A stretch of DNA of 47,939 nucleotides from Candidatus Limnocylindrales bacterium (GCA_035701885.1 DASSRG010000088.1:1-47939), one strand, 5' to 3'; shown: positions 38,798-47,939, counted from the stretch's first letter. Translations and numbers: made by a program. Notes: generated by a model not told the origin, from the letters alone.

Positions 38798-40135
38798 TCA
38801 CACCAGCTGCCTGACGACGACGATCGCCGCCGCGGTGATGAACAGGTTGAGGAGCGCCGCGGGCAGCATCCATTTCCAGGCGAAGCCCATCAACTGGTCG
38901 ATCCGGACGCGGGGGAGCGTGCCGCGCATCCAGACGAAGACGTACACGAACAGGAACGACTTGAGGAAGAACCAGACGAGGCCGGCGACCCAGTCGAGGC
39001 CGACGTACGCGATGCCGAACACGAGCCCGATGGCCACGACGTTGAACACGAGGAAGCCGAGGATCAGGGCCTGCCACGCGGGCCGGTTGTTCGTGGTCAG
39101 CCAGAACGGCAGCGCGAACAGGAGCGTCAGCACGACCGGCGCGATCGCGATCAGCAGCAGCAGCCCGATCCCCAGCGAGCCGGGGTCCAGCCCCAGGTCG
39201 ACGTGCGGGAACGGGAACGGCGCGTTCCAGGCCCCGAAGTAGAACGTGACCATGAGCGCCGAGATGATGAACACGTTCACGTACTCGGCGAAGAACAGGA
39301 AGCCGAACCGCATGCCCGAGTACTCGGTGGCGAACCCGGCGACGATCTCGGAGTCGGCCTCGGTCAGGTCGAACGGGGTGCGGTTCGCCTCGGCGGTGGC
39401 GGCGATGAAAAAGATCAGCGCGCCGAGCGGCTGGCGGAACACGAACCAGTCCCAGAACCCGCCTGCCTGCTGCTCGGCGACGTCGTAGACGCTCATCGTG
39501 CCTGCGAGCAGGATCAGCCCGACCACGCTGAGCGTCAGCGGGATCTCGTAGCTCACGACCTGGGCCGCGGACCGGAGGCCACCCAGCAGCGAGTACTTGT
39601 TGAAGCTCGACCAGCCGGCCATCAGCAGCCCGACGACCGTCATCCCGCCGACGGCGAACAGGTACAGGATCCCGATGTTGAGGTCCTGGCCGACGAGCCC
39701 GGGCCCGAACGGGATGACGAGGAACGTCATCACCGCCGTCAGGAACACGACCACCGGCGCCCAGGTGAAGACGACGGAGTCCGCGCCCGTCGGCGTGAAG
39801 TCCTCCTTCATGAGGACCTTGAGCCCGTGGACCACCGACAGGAGCGAGCCGGCGGGACCGACGCGATCCGGTCCGACCCGAAGGTTCATCAGCGCGATGA
39901 CCTTCATCTCCATGTAGATGATGATGAACGCGGCCGGGACGCTGAACAGCAGGATGGCCGTGACTGCGACGACGAACCGGACGATGTCGATGTTCGCCGA
40001 CAGCAGGTCGACGAGGAACGGCCCGAGGAACAGCGCGAACAGCACCGTGACGATCGGGCCGACGACGAGCACGAGCAGCGCGAGCGGCAGCAGCACGCGC
40101 CCGAGCACGGTCATGTTGCTCCAGGCGCGGCCCAT
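38798..40135 (-). CDS. nuoH: NADH-quinone oxidoreductase subunit H (long form with extra TM segments)
   Basis: 445 aa from MGRAWSNM (alternative ATG at 40114). MNLRVGPDRVGPAGSLL, AATAEANRTPFDLTEADSEIVAGFATEYSGMRFG and RGTLPRVRIDQLM. Confidence 0.88.
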   Translation of the reverse strand: MGRAWSNMTVLGRVLLPLALLVLVVGPIVTVLFALFLGPFLVDLLSANIDIVRFVVAVTAILLFSVPAAFIIIYMEMKVIALMNLRVGPDRVGPAGSLLSVVHGLKVLMKEDFTPTGADSVVFTWAPVVVFLTAVMTFLVIPFGPGLVGQDLNIGILYLFAVGGMTVVGLLMAGWSSFNKYSLLGGLRSAAQVVSYEIPLTLSVVGLILLAGTMSVYDVAEQQAGGFWDWFVFRQPLGALIFFIAATAEANRTPFDLTEADSEIVAGFATEYSGMRFGFLFFAEYVNVFIISALMVTFYFGAWNAPFPFPHVDLGLDPGSLGIGLLLLIAIAPVVLTLLFALPFWLTTNNRPAWQALILGFLVFNVVAIGLVFGIAYVGLDWVAGLVWFFLKSFLFVYVFVWMRGTLPRVRIDQLMGFAWKWMLPAALLNLFITAAAIVVVRQLV

Positions 40136-40140
40136 CGCGG

Positions 40141-41379
40141 TCACTTGTCGACACCGCCCATGATCGGGTCGAGGCTCGCCATGACGGCCATGGTGTCCGC
40201 CACCAGGTTGTCCTTCATCAGCAGCGGGACGAGCTGCAGCGCGATGAACGAGGGGTCGTGGATCCGCATCCGGAACGGCTGGTCGGTGCCGTCCGAGATC
40301 GCGTAGGTCGCGTACATCCCGCGCGGCCCCTCGACCGCCGCGAACGCCCGGCCGGGGCGGGGCCGCAGCAGGCGCGGCAGCTTCGCCATGACCGGGCCGT
40401 CGGGCATGTTGTGGAGGCACTGGTCGATGATCCGGAGGCTCTGCTTCACCTCGTCGACGCGGAGCAGGTAGCGGTCCAGGCAGTCACCGCCGTTGTGGCC
40501 GCGGGTCGGCACGTCGAACTCGAGCTCGGGGTAGACCGAGTACGGATGGGCCCGGCGGACGTCGTACGGCGTGCCCGTGGCGCGCAGGTTCGGCCCGGTC
40601 ACGGCCATGCGCAGCGCGGTCTCGCGGTCGAGCCGGCCGAGGTCGCGCATCCGGCGGACGAAGATCTCGTTCTCGTTGAGCAGCTGGGTGTTCGCCTCGT
40701 GCTGGGCGGAGGCGCGGGTCATCCAGTCGCCCAGGCGCGACATGAACTCGTGGTTGATGTCGCCGTTGACGCCGCCGATCCGGAAGTAGTTGAACAGCAG
40801 TCGCTGCCCGGTGATCGAGGCGAGCATCTCGGCGATCTCGTCCCGCTCGATGAAGCTCCACAGGATCGGCGTCAGGCCGCCCAGGTCCAGCGCCATCCAG
40901 CCCATGAACAGCGCGTGCGACAGGACGCGGTTCAGCTCGCCCGTGAGGACCCGGATGTACTCGGCGCGGCGCGGGACCTCGACGTCGAGCAGGTGCTCGA
41001 ACGCCATGACCGGCGACCACTCGCAGAACAGCGAGCTGATGTATTCGAGCGGGTCCACCTGGCTGTTGATGTGGTGGTAGTCCGCGTTCTCGCACAGCTT
41101 CTCGACGCCGCGGTGGAGGTAGCCCAGCACCGGGTCGAGGTCCACGACCTGCTCGCCGTTGATCTTGAGGACCACCCGGAGCACCCCGTGGGTCGACGGG
41201 TGCTGCGGGCCCATGTTGATGAACATCTCGCCGTCGCCGAGCGTGTAGAACTCGGCCTCGCGCTCGGTGCGCGGCGGGTACGGCGGGATGGCCTCGAACT
41301 GCCCGATCGAGTCGTCGAGCAGGATCCGCGGATCGTCGGCCGACGGGTGCTGGTGGGTGGGCGTGTGCTGTGCCGTCAT
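40141..41379 (-). CDS. nuoD: NADH-quinone oxidoreductase subunit D
   Basis: 412 aa from MTAQHTP. NMGPQHPSTHGVLR, GYLHRGVEKL and EGPRGMYATYAISDG..PFRMRIHDPSF. Confidence 0.9.
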   Translation of the reverse strand: MTAQHTPTHQHPSADDPRILLDDSIGQFEAIPPYPPRTEREAEFYTLGDGEMFINMGPQHPSTHGVLRVVLKINGEQVVDLDPVLGYLHRGVEKLCENADYHHINSQVDPLEYISSLFCEWSPVMAFEHLLDVEVPRRAEYIRVLTGELNRVLSHALFMGWMALDLGGLTPILWSFIERDEIAEMLASITGQRLLFNYFRIGGVNGDINHEFMSRLGDWMTRASAQHEANTQLLNENEIFVRRMRDLGRLDRETALRMAVTGPNLRATGTPYDVRRAHPYSVYPELEFDVPTRGHNGGDCLDRYLLRVDEVKQSLRIIDQCLHNMPDGPVMAKLPRLLRPRPGRAFAAVEGPRGMYATYAISDGTDQPFRMRIHDPSFIALQLVPLLMKDNLVADTMAVMASLDPIMGGVDK

Positions 41380-41381
41380 CG

Positions 41382-41930
41382 TCAGGCCTTCACGGTGCGG
41401 CGGACCACGCGGTCCGTCGCCTGGGTGGGCACGTGCGTCTGCTCCATGTGCCGGACGCCACCGCCCGGCGACCGCGCGGCGTCGTCGGCGAGGTAGAAGT
41501 CCTTGCGCAGCGGGAAGCTCGTGTAGTCGGGCGGCATGTAGATGCGCCGCAGGTCGCGGTTGCCCTCGAAGATGATGCCGAACATGTCGTAGGCCTCGCG
41601 CTCCATCCACTCGGCCCCGGGCCACAGGCCGGTGAGGGACGGGACCCGCGGATCATCGCGGGGCATGCCGTCGGCGATGACGCGCAGCCAGTCGGGCGTG
41701 GTGGCGGACCACAGGTGGTACACGACCTGCATGTGGGTGCCGGTGTCGACGCCGGCGAGGTCGGCGAGCAGCTGGAAGTCCAGCGTCGGGTCGTCGTGGA
41801 GCTCGCGCATGACCTCGGGGACGTCGGACGGCGCGATCCGGATCTCGGTCTGGTCGTGACGCTGGCGTACGGGGCCGGTCAGGCGCTCACCGAACCGCGC
41901 CTCGAGGCGCTTTCGCAGCTGGCGATCCAT
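41382..41930 (-). CDS. nuoC: NADH-quinone oxidoreductase subunit C
   Basis: 182 aa with VPSLTGLWPGAEWMEREAYDMFGIIFEGNRDLRRI. Confidence 0.88.
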   Translation of the reverse strand: MDRQLRKRLEARFGERLTGPVRQRHDQTEIRIAPSDVPEVMRELHDDPTLDFQLLADLAGVDTGTHMQVVYHLWSATTPDWLRVIADGMPRDDPRVPSLTGLWPGAEWMEREAYDMFGIIFEGNRDLRRIYMPPDYTSFPLRKDFYLADDAARSPGGGVRHMEQTHVPTQATDRVVRRTVKA

Positions 41931-41933
41931 CGG

Positions 41934-42695
41934 CTAGATGTCCTGCGGGACGTTGGGCCCGATGGCGCGTTCCTGGAACTGCCCGCGGCGCTCCTTGACC
42001 AGCTGCTGGAGCTTCATCATCCCGTAGATCAGGCCCTCCGGCCGCGGCGGGCAGCCGGGGACGTAGACGTCGACCGGCATGACGCGGTCGATGCCCTCGA
42101 TCGTGCTGTACGACCGCTTGTACCGGCCGCCCGAGCACGTGCAGTCGCCCATCGCGACGCACCACTTCGGCTCCGGCATCTGCTCCCACAGGCGGATGAG
42201 CGGCCCGGCCATCTTCGTCGTGAGCGTCCCGGCCACGATCAGCACGTCCGCCTGGCGGGGCGAGGCGCGGAACGGGAACATGCCCCAGCGGTCCATGTCG
42301 TTGCGCGACGTCGCCGCGGACATCATCTCCATCGCGCAGCACGCGAGGCCCGACAGCAGCGGCCACAGGCTGTTCATCCGGATGAGGTCGAGGACCAGGT
42401 CCGCCTTGGTCGGGACCACCTCCAGCGCGCCCCAGCGCGCGTCGTCGCGCAGGACGAGGTCGGAGCCCTCGAGGTCCTTCATGTGGAGGTGCTCGCTCTC
42501 GCGACCGCCGGCGTAGGCCGTGGAGCTGGGCGAGGTCCACAGGGTGTTGGGGACGACGATCGGCTGGGTGAGGTCGCGCGGCGGCGTCGTGACGAGCGCG
42601 GACGGCGCCTGACCGGGCTGGTCGGAGCCCATCTGGGTGGCGTTGTCCGGGCCCACGCCGAGGGCCTTCGCGCCTGCGTCGTTCACTGGCGCCAT
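41934..42695 (-). CDS. nuoB: NADH-quinone oxidoreductase subunit B (N2 cluster)
   Basis: [34 protein letters not shown] and VPGCPPRPE. Start at ATG 42695 gives 253 aa with a low-complexity N-terminal extension. The alternative ATG 42482 gives a canonical-size protein. Confidence 0.85.
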   Translation of the reverse strand: MAPVNDAGAKALGVGPDNATQMGSDQPGQAPSALVTTPPRDLTQPIVVPNTLWTSPSSTAYAGGRESEHLHMKDLEGSDLVLRDDARWGALEVVPTKADLVLDLIRMNSLWPLLSGLACCAMEMMSAATSRNDMDRWGMFPFRASPRQADVLIVAGTLTTKMAGPLIRLWEQMPEPKWCVAMGDCTCSGGRYKRSYSTIEGIDRVMPVDVYVPGCPPRPEGLIYGMMKLQQLVKERRGQFQERAIGPNVPQDI

Positions 42696-43054
42696 GACAG
42701 GACTCCCTTGCGCCACGCATAGCCGAGGCCGAACAGCAGGATGCCCACGAACACGAGCATCGACAGGAACAGGCGGCCGATCGAGTCGTCCGGCGTGGTG
42801 GCGAAGATCAGGGCCCACAGGAAGATGAAGATCACCTCGATGTCGAAGGCGACGAACATCAGCGCGTAGATGTAGAAGCTGATGCCGAACCGGGCATGGG
42901 TGTCGCCGTACGTGTCGATGCCCGACTCGTACGGGTAGCCCTTGTGCGCGTCGCCCTTGACGCGATGGGAGATCAGCCAGGCGAGGCCGATCGTGAGGAA
43001 GACGAAGGAGACGCCGGCGAAGGCGTATCCGACGACATACCAGATCCCGGTCAC
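42683..43054 (-). CDS. nuoA: NADH-quinone oxidoreductase subunit A
   Basis: 123 aa with a GTG start preceded by [44 protein letters not shown]. Confidence 0.88.
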   Translation of the reverse strand: MTGIWYVVGYAFAGVSFVFLTIGLAWLISHRVKGDAHKGYPYESGIDTYGDTHARFGISFYIYALMFVAFDIEVIFIFLWALIFATTPDDSIGRLFLSMLVFVGILLFGLGYAWRKGVLSWRQ

Positions 43055-43162
43055 GAGGTCCTCGGTGTCGAGCGGAGGCCGGCGATCGTATGGAGGAGAC
43101 GCCGGCCCACGTTCGAGGTGGATGCAGTGGGCCTGTCCGGATCGCGTGGATCCGGCGCGGCC

Positions 43163-43168
43163 ATTCTA
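43163..43168 (-). promoter_or_regulatory. Candidate extended -10 box (TGcTAGAAT) for the nuo operon
   Basis: Plus-strand attcta is TAGAAT on the minus strand, preceded by TGC. It lies about 110 nt upstream of the nuoA GTG, in the only sizeable gap after the MidA-like gene. Confidence 0.3.
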
Positions 43169-43217
43169 GCAGCGGCGCACGCTGCACGATCCCGCTCGAA
43201 CCGGCGCCTTCCGAGCG

Positions 43218-44426
43218 TCAGCCGGCGCCCTCCCGGATGCGCTGGAGGCCGTCGAGCCGCGCCTCCGCCGGGAGCCCGCGACCGAACACGAGGACCCGGA
43301 ACGCGCCCATGCCGCGGGGGTCGAGGAGTCTCGCGAGCGCGCTCCGTAGCTCGAGCGCATCCTGGAGCCCGGCACCCTCGCGGCGGAGGAACGCCTGGGC
43401 CAGCTCGCCTCCGCCCAGCCGCGCGACGAGCTCGGCCTGGGTCGTCTCGCCGACCGGCTCGAGGCCCGCCCGGGCGGCGGCCGCGCGGACCGCGGCCAGG
43501 TCCACGGTCGCGGTCAGGTCCTGCCGGCCGACGTGGGCGAACGGGTCCGCGCCGACGGCGTGCGCGGCGAACGCACGGAGCGTCCCGTTCGGGCGGCGCG
43601 CGGGGTCGTGGAGCGCGGCCGGCTCGTCGGCGTAGTCCACGAGGATCGCGACGCCCTGCGCCAGGTGCCGCGTCGCCTCCTCGAGCCAGCCGTCGATGGC
43701 GAGGCAGACCTCCGTCACCTGGCCGTCGGCGAGGGTGACGCCCTCGTCGTGGAGGCGCTGCGCGAGGGCCGGCGTGGTGGGCTCGGCTTCGACCGTCGAG
43801 AAGCGCCCGCCGTCGTCGACGCCGACGAGGAGCTCCGCGATGCCGCCGGGCGCCGCAGGGCGGCCGATGACGCGGTGGACGGGCAGCGCGTCGAGCACCT
43901 CGTTCGCGACGACCGCGCCGGCCTCGCCGTTCCTCGGCCCGTCGTCCGTCAGTGCGTGCTCCAGCCCGAGGGCCGTCAGCCGCTCGCGGATCGCGACGAG
44001 CCGGGCGGGCTCCACCTCGACCGGGCGATAGCGGAGGGCCGCGGCGAGCGGTGAGCCGAGGTCGCGCAGCCCGCCGAGCAGCCCCGCCGCGAGCGCCCCC
44101 GTCCCGGCGCCAGGCTCGGTCACCGTGAACGGGTCCGGACGTCCGAGCGCGTCCCATGCCTGCTCGACCAGCCTGCCCATGACCGCGCCGAAGATCGGGT
44201 GCGCCTCCGGCGCCGTGAGGAAGTCGCCGCGCCGGCCGGGTCCCGGGTCCGGCCGGCGGTAGTAGCCGTGGCCGGGCTCGTACAGCGCGCGGTCCATGAA
44301 CCGCGCGAACGTGATCGGGCCGGACGCGCGGATCTCCGCACGGATCGAGGCCGCCAGCGCCTCGTCCTCGCCGACCTCGTCGGGGTCCGGGAGTGGCTGC
44401 CGGACGAGCCCGGGCTCAATGTCCAT
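43218..44426 (-). CDS. MidA/NDUFAF7-family (DUF185) class I SAM-dependent methyltransferase
   Basis: 402 aa from MDIEPGL, the C-terminal part of track ORF 43218..44627. ITFARFMDRALYEPGHGYY, GDFLTAPEAHPIFG, VTEPGAGTGALA, ANEVLDALPVH and RGMGAFRVLVF. Confidence 0.8.
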   Translation of the reverse strand: MDIEPGLVRQPLPDPDEVGEDEALAASIRAEIRASGPITFARFMDRALYEPGHGYYRRPDPGPGRRGDFLTAPEAHPIFGAVMGRLVEQAWDALGRPDPFTVTEPGAGTGALAAGLLGGLRDLGSPLAAALRYRPVEVEPARLVAIRERLTALGLEHALTDDGPRNGEAGAVVANEVLDALPVHRVIGRPAAPGGIAELLVGVDDGGRFSTVEAEPTTPALAQRLHDEGVTLADGQVTEVCLAIDGWLEEATRHLAQGVAILVDYADEPAALHDPARRPNGTLRAFAAHAVGADPFAHVGRQDLTATVDLAAVRAAAARAGLEPVGETTQAELVARLGGGELAQAFLRREGAGLQDALELRSALARLLDPRGMGAFRVLVFGRGLPAEARLDGLQRIREGAG

Positions 44427-44431
44427 CGGGC

Positions 44432-45541
44432 CTACTCCTCGTCGGACGCGTCGTTGCGCGCGACGCCGAGCGCGAGGACGGCCCCGGGTCCGACCAGCGA
44501 GTGCGCACCGAGCAGGATCGGGACGGGTGCGGCCGCGGCGGAGGCCGTCAGCGCACGGAGCCACGGGTCCTGGACGCGGTCGGCGAGGAGCAGGTCGCTC
44601 GCGAAGCGATCCTCGGGCGGGGGCCACGCCTGTTCGTCCGCGCCCGTCCGCGCGGCCATGAGCACCCGAGTGTCGACGAGCGCTCCGTCCGCGTGCGCGG
44701 CGACGATCTCGCCGAGGGACTCGGGTCCGCCGGCGTCGAGCAGCCGGGCGAGGAGGCTGCGCGGCGGGCGCCGGTTCCGGCGTCCACGCTGGGCGGCGAG
44801 CGAGGCGGTCCGCAGGCCGCGCTCCTCGATCAGCACGCGCGTGCGCGCGCGCGAGAGCCGCTCGACCGCCCGCAGGTCGTCGCCGTTGACGCGTCCTGTG
44901 AGCAGGAGCTCGCCTGCGGGGTCGGCGGCAAGCGTGCGGAGGGCCGCGAGCCGCTGCCGCACGGGCTCGCCATCGGCGGCCGGCAGGCGCGGCAGACCCG
45001 CCACGCCGTCCCCGGCGCCGTCGAGCAGCATGACGTCGAGCGGCGAGTCCACGTCGAACGCGAGGTCTCGCCGCCCCGCGATGTCCTGCACCGGGACGCC
45101 GGCCACCTCCGAGAGCCAGCGGGGGAGCGCGTTGTCGGTGGCGAGGTCGGGCGGGAGGTCCCGGAGCGCCCTCGCCGCGTCCGCGATCGCCAGCACATCC
45201 GCGGAGTACGCGTTGTTCGCGAGCGCGGCCGGCCGTTCGGCCCGCGCCGCCTCGACGAATCGCCGCCGGTCCGCCTCCGTGGCCAGCGGCATCGCACCCG
45301 CGCCGAGGACGACGACGCCGCCCGTGACGTGATCGCGGACGAGCCGGCGCAGCCGCTCCCCGAACGGCAGGTCATCCGGTGGCTCGCGGTGGACGACCAC
45401 GGCATCCGCGGCCGCGGCGGAGAACCCGGCGGCGTGCCGCACGGCGAGCGCGCCACGCACGGCATCGAGGTGGGCCTCCAGCGGATGCGCGCCGGACGGC
45501 GCGGCGGGGGCGAGAATGAGCACCGTGACTGGCCTCGACAC
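44432..45541 (-). CDS. Conserved-looking hypothetical protein (weak MobA/CofC-like nucleotidyltransferase-fold N-domain)
   Basis: 369-aa ORF with ordinary protein-like composition. VLILAP.., VVVLGAGAMPL.. and LAFDVDSPLDVMLL are reminiscent of NTP-transferase folds. No firm family assignment. Confidence 0.5.
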   Translation of the reverse strand: MSRPVTVLILAPAAPSGAHPLEAHLDAVRGALAVRHAAGFSAAAADAVVVHREPPDDLPFGERLRRLVRDHVTGGVVVLGAGAMPLATEADRRRFVEAARAERPAALANNAYSADVLAIADAARALRDLPPDLATDNALPRWLSEVAGVPVQDIAGRRDLAFDVDSPLDVMLLDGAGDGVAGLPRLPAADGEPVRQRLAALRTLAADPAGELLLTGRVNGDDLRAVERLSRARTRVLIEERGLRTASLAAQRGRRNRRPPRSLLARLLDAGGPESLGEIVAAHADGALVDTRVLMAARTGADEQAWPPPEDRFASDLLLADRVQDPWLRALTASAAAAPVPILLGAHSLVGPGAVLALGVARNDASDEE

Positions 45542-45574
45542 CGGGCGAGTCTAGCGAGCGGGAGGCAGGCGACC

Positions 45575-46168
45575 GTGGGTCGGGTCCGGGCGTACGTCGG
45601 CCTCGGCGCGAACATGGGCGATGCGGCGGGAACGCTCGCCGCGGCCGTGCACGCGCTCGCGGCCCTGCCGGGTGCGCGGCTCGCCGGCGTGTCGCGGCTG
45701 TACGCCACCGAGCCGGTCGGCGTCATCGACCAGCCGGAGTTCCGCAACGCGGTGGTCGCGCTCGACGTACCGGCGGGTCCAACGCCGGAGGCCGGGGCGA
45801 TCGCGCTCCTCCTCGCCCTCAAGGGGCTGGAACGCGCGTTCGGGCGTCAACCGCGCGAACGCTGGGGCCCCCGGGAGGTCGACCTCGACCTGCTGCTGTT
45901 CGGCCGTCACCGGATCGATGTCGCGCGTCCGCCCGAGGGCCGCAGCGACGACCCTGCCAAGGCGTCGATGCCGCTGACCGTCCCGCACATCGAGGCGAGG
46001 AACCGCCTGTTCGTCCTCGCGCCGCTCGCGGACCTGGCGCCGCGCCTCGTACCGCCGGGCTGGGGGGAGACCGTCGCCACCGCCCGGACCCGCCGGCAGC
46101 GTCTCGAAGGGGAAGACGCCGCCCGCCCGATCGCGCGCTGGAACGGGGGCGGCTGGACCTCCCGCTGA
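45575..46168 (+). CDS. folK: 2-amino-4-hydroxy-6-hydroxymethyldihydropteridine diphosphokinase
   Basis: 197 aa from GTG 45575 (GGAGG 9 nt upstream). AYVGLGANMGD, SRLYATEPVG..QPEFRNAVV, RWGPREVDLDLLLF, PHIEARNRLFVLAPLADL. Confidence 0.85.
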   Translation: MGRVRAYVGLGANMGDAAGTLAAAVHALAALPGARLAGVSRLYATEPVGVIDQPEFRNAVVALDVPAGPTPEAGAIALLLALKGLERAFGRQPRERWGPREVDLDLLLFGRHRIDVARPPEGRSDDPAKASMPLTVPHIEARNRLFVLAPLADLAPRLVPPGWGETVATARTRRQRLEGEDAARPIARWNGGGWTSR

Positions 46169-46190
46169 GCGCGGAGCTCGGCCGGGGCGG

Positions 46191-47171
46191 CTAGAGCCGG
46201 ACGGCGGGCGGCCGGTCGCGGTCGAACATGTGGACCGTGTCCACGAACCGGACCTGCTTCGTCTGGTAGCCCATCACGAGCGAGTGGGTCCGGGCGCCCC
46301 CGCCGAAGAACCGGACGCCCTGGAGGAGCTCGCCCTCGGTCACGCCGGTCGCGGCGAACACGAGCTGGTCGCCGCCGGCCAGGTCTTCCGTGCGGTACAC
46401 GCGGTCCTCGTCGGCGTGGCCGAGCATCGTCTTCGCCCGCTCCCGCTCCTCGTCGTTGCGGAACCGGAACCGGGCCTGGATCTCGCCGCCGAGGCAGCGC
46501 AGCGCGGCGGCGGTGATGACGCCCTCGGGCGCCCCGCCGATGCCCATGACCGCGTGGACGCCGGTGCCCTGGACGGCGCACGCGATCGCGGCCGAGACGT
46601 CGCCGTCGCTGATGAGCTTGATCCGCGCGCCGGTGGACCGGACCTCGGCGATCAGGTCGGTGTGCCGCGGCCGGTCCAGGATGATCACCGTGATGTCGCT
46701 GGGCTTGCGCCGGAGCGCCTCGGCGATCCGGTTCGTGTTCTCGGCGGCCGGCCGGGTGATGTCGACGCAGCCCGCCGCGACCGGGCCCACGGCCAGCTTC
46801 TCGAGGTACGTGTCCGGCGCGTTCGTCAGGCCGCCGGTCTCGGACGCCGCGAGGACCGTGATCGCGCCGCCCTGGCCCGTGGCCACGAGGTTCGTCCCCT
46901 CGAGCGGGTCGACCGCGATGTCCACCTGGTCCGCGGCGCTGTCGTCGTGGCGGCCCACCTGCTCGCCGATGTACAGCATCGGCGCCTCGTCGCGCTCGCC
47001 CTCGCCGATGACGATCGTCCCGGCGATGTCGGTCTCGTCCATCGTCCGGCGCATGGCCTCGGTGGCCGCCTGGTCGGCCTCGTCGCGCATGCCCTTGCCC
47101 ATGAACCGCGCGGAGGCGATCGCCGCGGCCTCGGTCACACGCACCATCTCGAGCGCGAGCAGCTTCTCCAT
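46191..47171 (-). CDS. glpX: Class II fructose-1,6-bisphosphatase
   Basis: 326 aa with an AGGAAGG SD. GlpX pattern VTEAAAIASARFMGKG, DIAVDPLEGTN, GIGGAPEGVITAAALRCLGG. Confidence 0.9.
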   Translation of the reverse strand: MEKLLALEMVRVTEAAAIASARFMGKGMRDEADQAATEAMRRTMDETDIAGTIVIGEGERDEAPMLYIGEQVGRHDDSAADQVDIAVDPLEGTNLVATGQGGAITVLAASETGGLTNAPDTYLEKLAVGPVAAGCVDITRPAAENTNRIAEALRRKPSDITVIILDRPRHTDLIAEVRSTGARIKLISDGDVSAAIACAVQGTGVHAVMGIGGAPEGVITAAALRCLGGEIQARFRFRNDEERERAKTMLGHADEDRVYRTEDLAGGDQLVFAATGVTEGELLQGVRFFGGGARTHSLVMGYQTKQVRFVDTVHMFDRDRPPAVRL

Positions 47172-47195
47172 GTCAACCTTCCTGCCCGCGGGACC

Positions 47196-47939
47196 TCAGT
47201 GGCGGAAGTGCCGGACGCCCGTGAAGACCATGGCGAGGTGGTGCCGGTCTGCGACCTCGATCGCCATCTCGTCGCGGATCGAGCCGCCGGGCTGGATGAT
47301 CGCCGTGACGCCGGCGTTGGCGGCGATCTGGATGCCGTCCGGGAACGGGAAGTAGGCGTCGGAGGCCATGACCGCGAGCTTCGCGCGCGCGCCCGCCCGC
47401 CGGAGCGCGATGTCCACCGACGTGTTGCGCGACGCCTGCGCGGCGCCGATCCCGACCGTGGCGCCGTTCCTCGCGAGCACGATCGCGTTCGATCGGACGT
47501 GACGGACCGCCCGCCACGCGAACAGGAGGTCGGTGAGCTCGCCAAGCGTCGGGTGGCGCCGCGTCACCACCTGCAGCTGGCCGCGGTCGATGTCCAGGGC
47601 GTCGATGGCCTCGACCAGCAGCCCGCCCCCGACCCGCTTGAAGTCGAGGTTCGCGATCCCGTAGTCGCGCATGCCTTCCGGCGGCGTCGGCGGGACGGTG
47701 AGCAGCTCGAGCCCGTCCTTGCCACGCAGGTTGCCGAGCGCCGCCTCGGAGAAGCCGGGGGCGATCACCGCCTCGTACGAGTTCGCGGCGATCTCGCGCG
47801 CGGTCGCGCCGTCGAGCTCGCGGTTCACGCCGACGATCCCGCCGAACGACGACACGGGATCGGTGTCGAGCGCGCGCCGGTAGGCCTCCAGGAGATCCCC
47901 GGCGGAGGCGATGCCCACGGGGTCGGTGTGCTTCGTGAT
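47196..47939 (-). CDS. purH: Bifunctional AICAR transformylase / IMP cyclohydrolase, C-terminal part (5' end outside window)
   Basis: The frame is open to the window edge (..ITKHTDPVGIASAGD..). The C-terminus QPGGSIRDEMAIEVADRHHLAMVFTGVRHFRH is the PurH signature. Confidence 0.88.
   Translation of the reverse strand: MTKHTDPVGIASAGDLLEAYRRALDTDPVSSFGGIVGVNRELDGATAREIAANSYEAVIAPGFSEAALGNLRGKDGLELLTVPPTPPEGMRDYGIANLDFKRVGGGLLVEAIDALDIDRGQLQVVTRRHPTLGELTDLLFAWRAVRHVRSNAIVLARNGATVGIGAAQASRNTSVDIALRRAGARAKLAVMASDAYFPFPDGIQIAANAGVTAIIQPGGSIRDEMAIEVADRHHLAMVFTGVRHFRH

Noticed and set aside
42483-42695. N-terminal ~70-aa extension of NuoB with a 13-nt overlap on nuoA, as something novel
   Set aside because: The extension is low-complexity and unanchored by motifs. 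It may simply reflect the choice of the upstream ATG (42695) over ATG 42482. I cannot decide which without orthologue alignment or proteomics.

Overview
High-GC, densely coding chromosomal segment of actinobacterial type. The PimA, Ino1, PIP-synthase and Nuo sequences all look actinobacterial. I saw no rRNA, tRNA, CRISPR array, transposase or integrase. There are five blocks. (1) 3-9311 is an envelope glycosylation cluster. A GT2 polyprenyl-phosphate glycosyltransferase, a DUF2723/TMEM260-like GT-C protein and a further GT-C-like membrane protein lie on the minus strand. They diverge from a 1769-aa protein that joins two GT-C modules and carries a ~400-aa beta-propeller-like insertion. (2) 9355-15728 is a seven-gene minus-strand operon linked mostly by 4-nt stop/start overlaps: arsR, PIP synthase, ino1, two PatA/LpxL-type acyltransferases, a PHP phosphoesterase and pimA (phosphatidylinositol-mannoside pathway). 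(3) 15850-22363 is an mnh/mrp ABCDEFG antiporter operon in which MnhG is fused to two USP domains. (4) 22.6-28.1 kb holds a small membrane protein, an MFS transporter, CorA, a sortase-fold protein with Ser at the catalytic Cys position, a TlpA-like thioredoxin and a 554-bp repeat-rich non-coding spacer. (5) 28093-43054 is a 13-gene complex I operon with a non-canonical layout, followed by a MidA/NDUFAF7-like methyltransferase, a hypothetical gene, folK, glpX and a partial purH. The most unusual observation is in the nuo operon. nuoI appears split, and a truncated-NuoE / NuoF / NuoG-like cassette sits between its halves and is fused in frame to both. The NuoG-like protein also carries an internal GltD-type flavoprotein module and lacks the molybdopterin-like domain. 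Second in interest is the PHP phosphoesterase inside the PIM operon, a candidate for the unassigned PI-phosphate phosphatase step. Many long ORFs in the track are high-GC shadow frames and were discarded. All calls rest on motif recognition by eye, and no database search was run.
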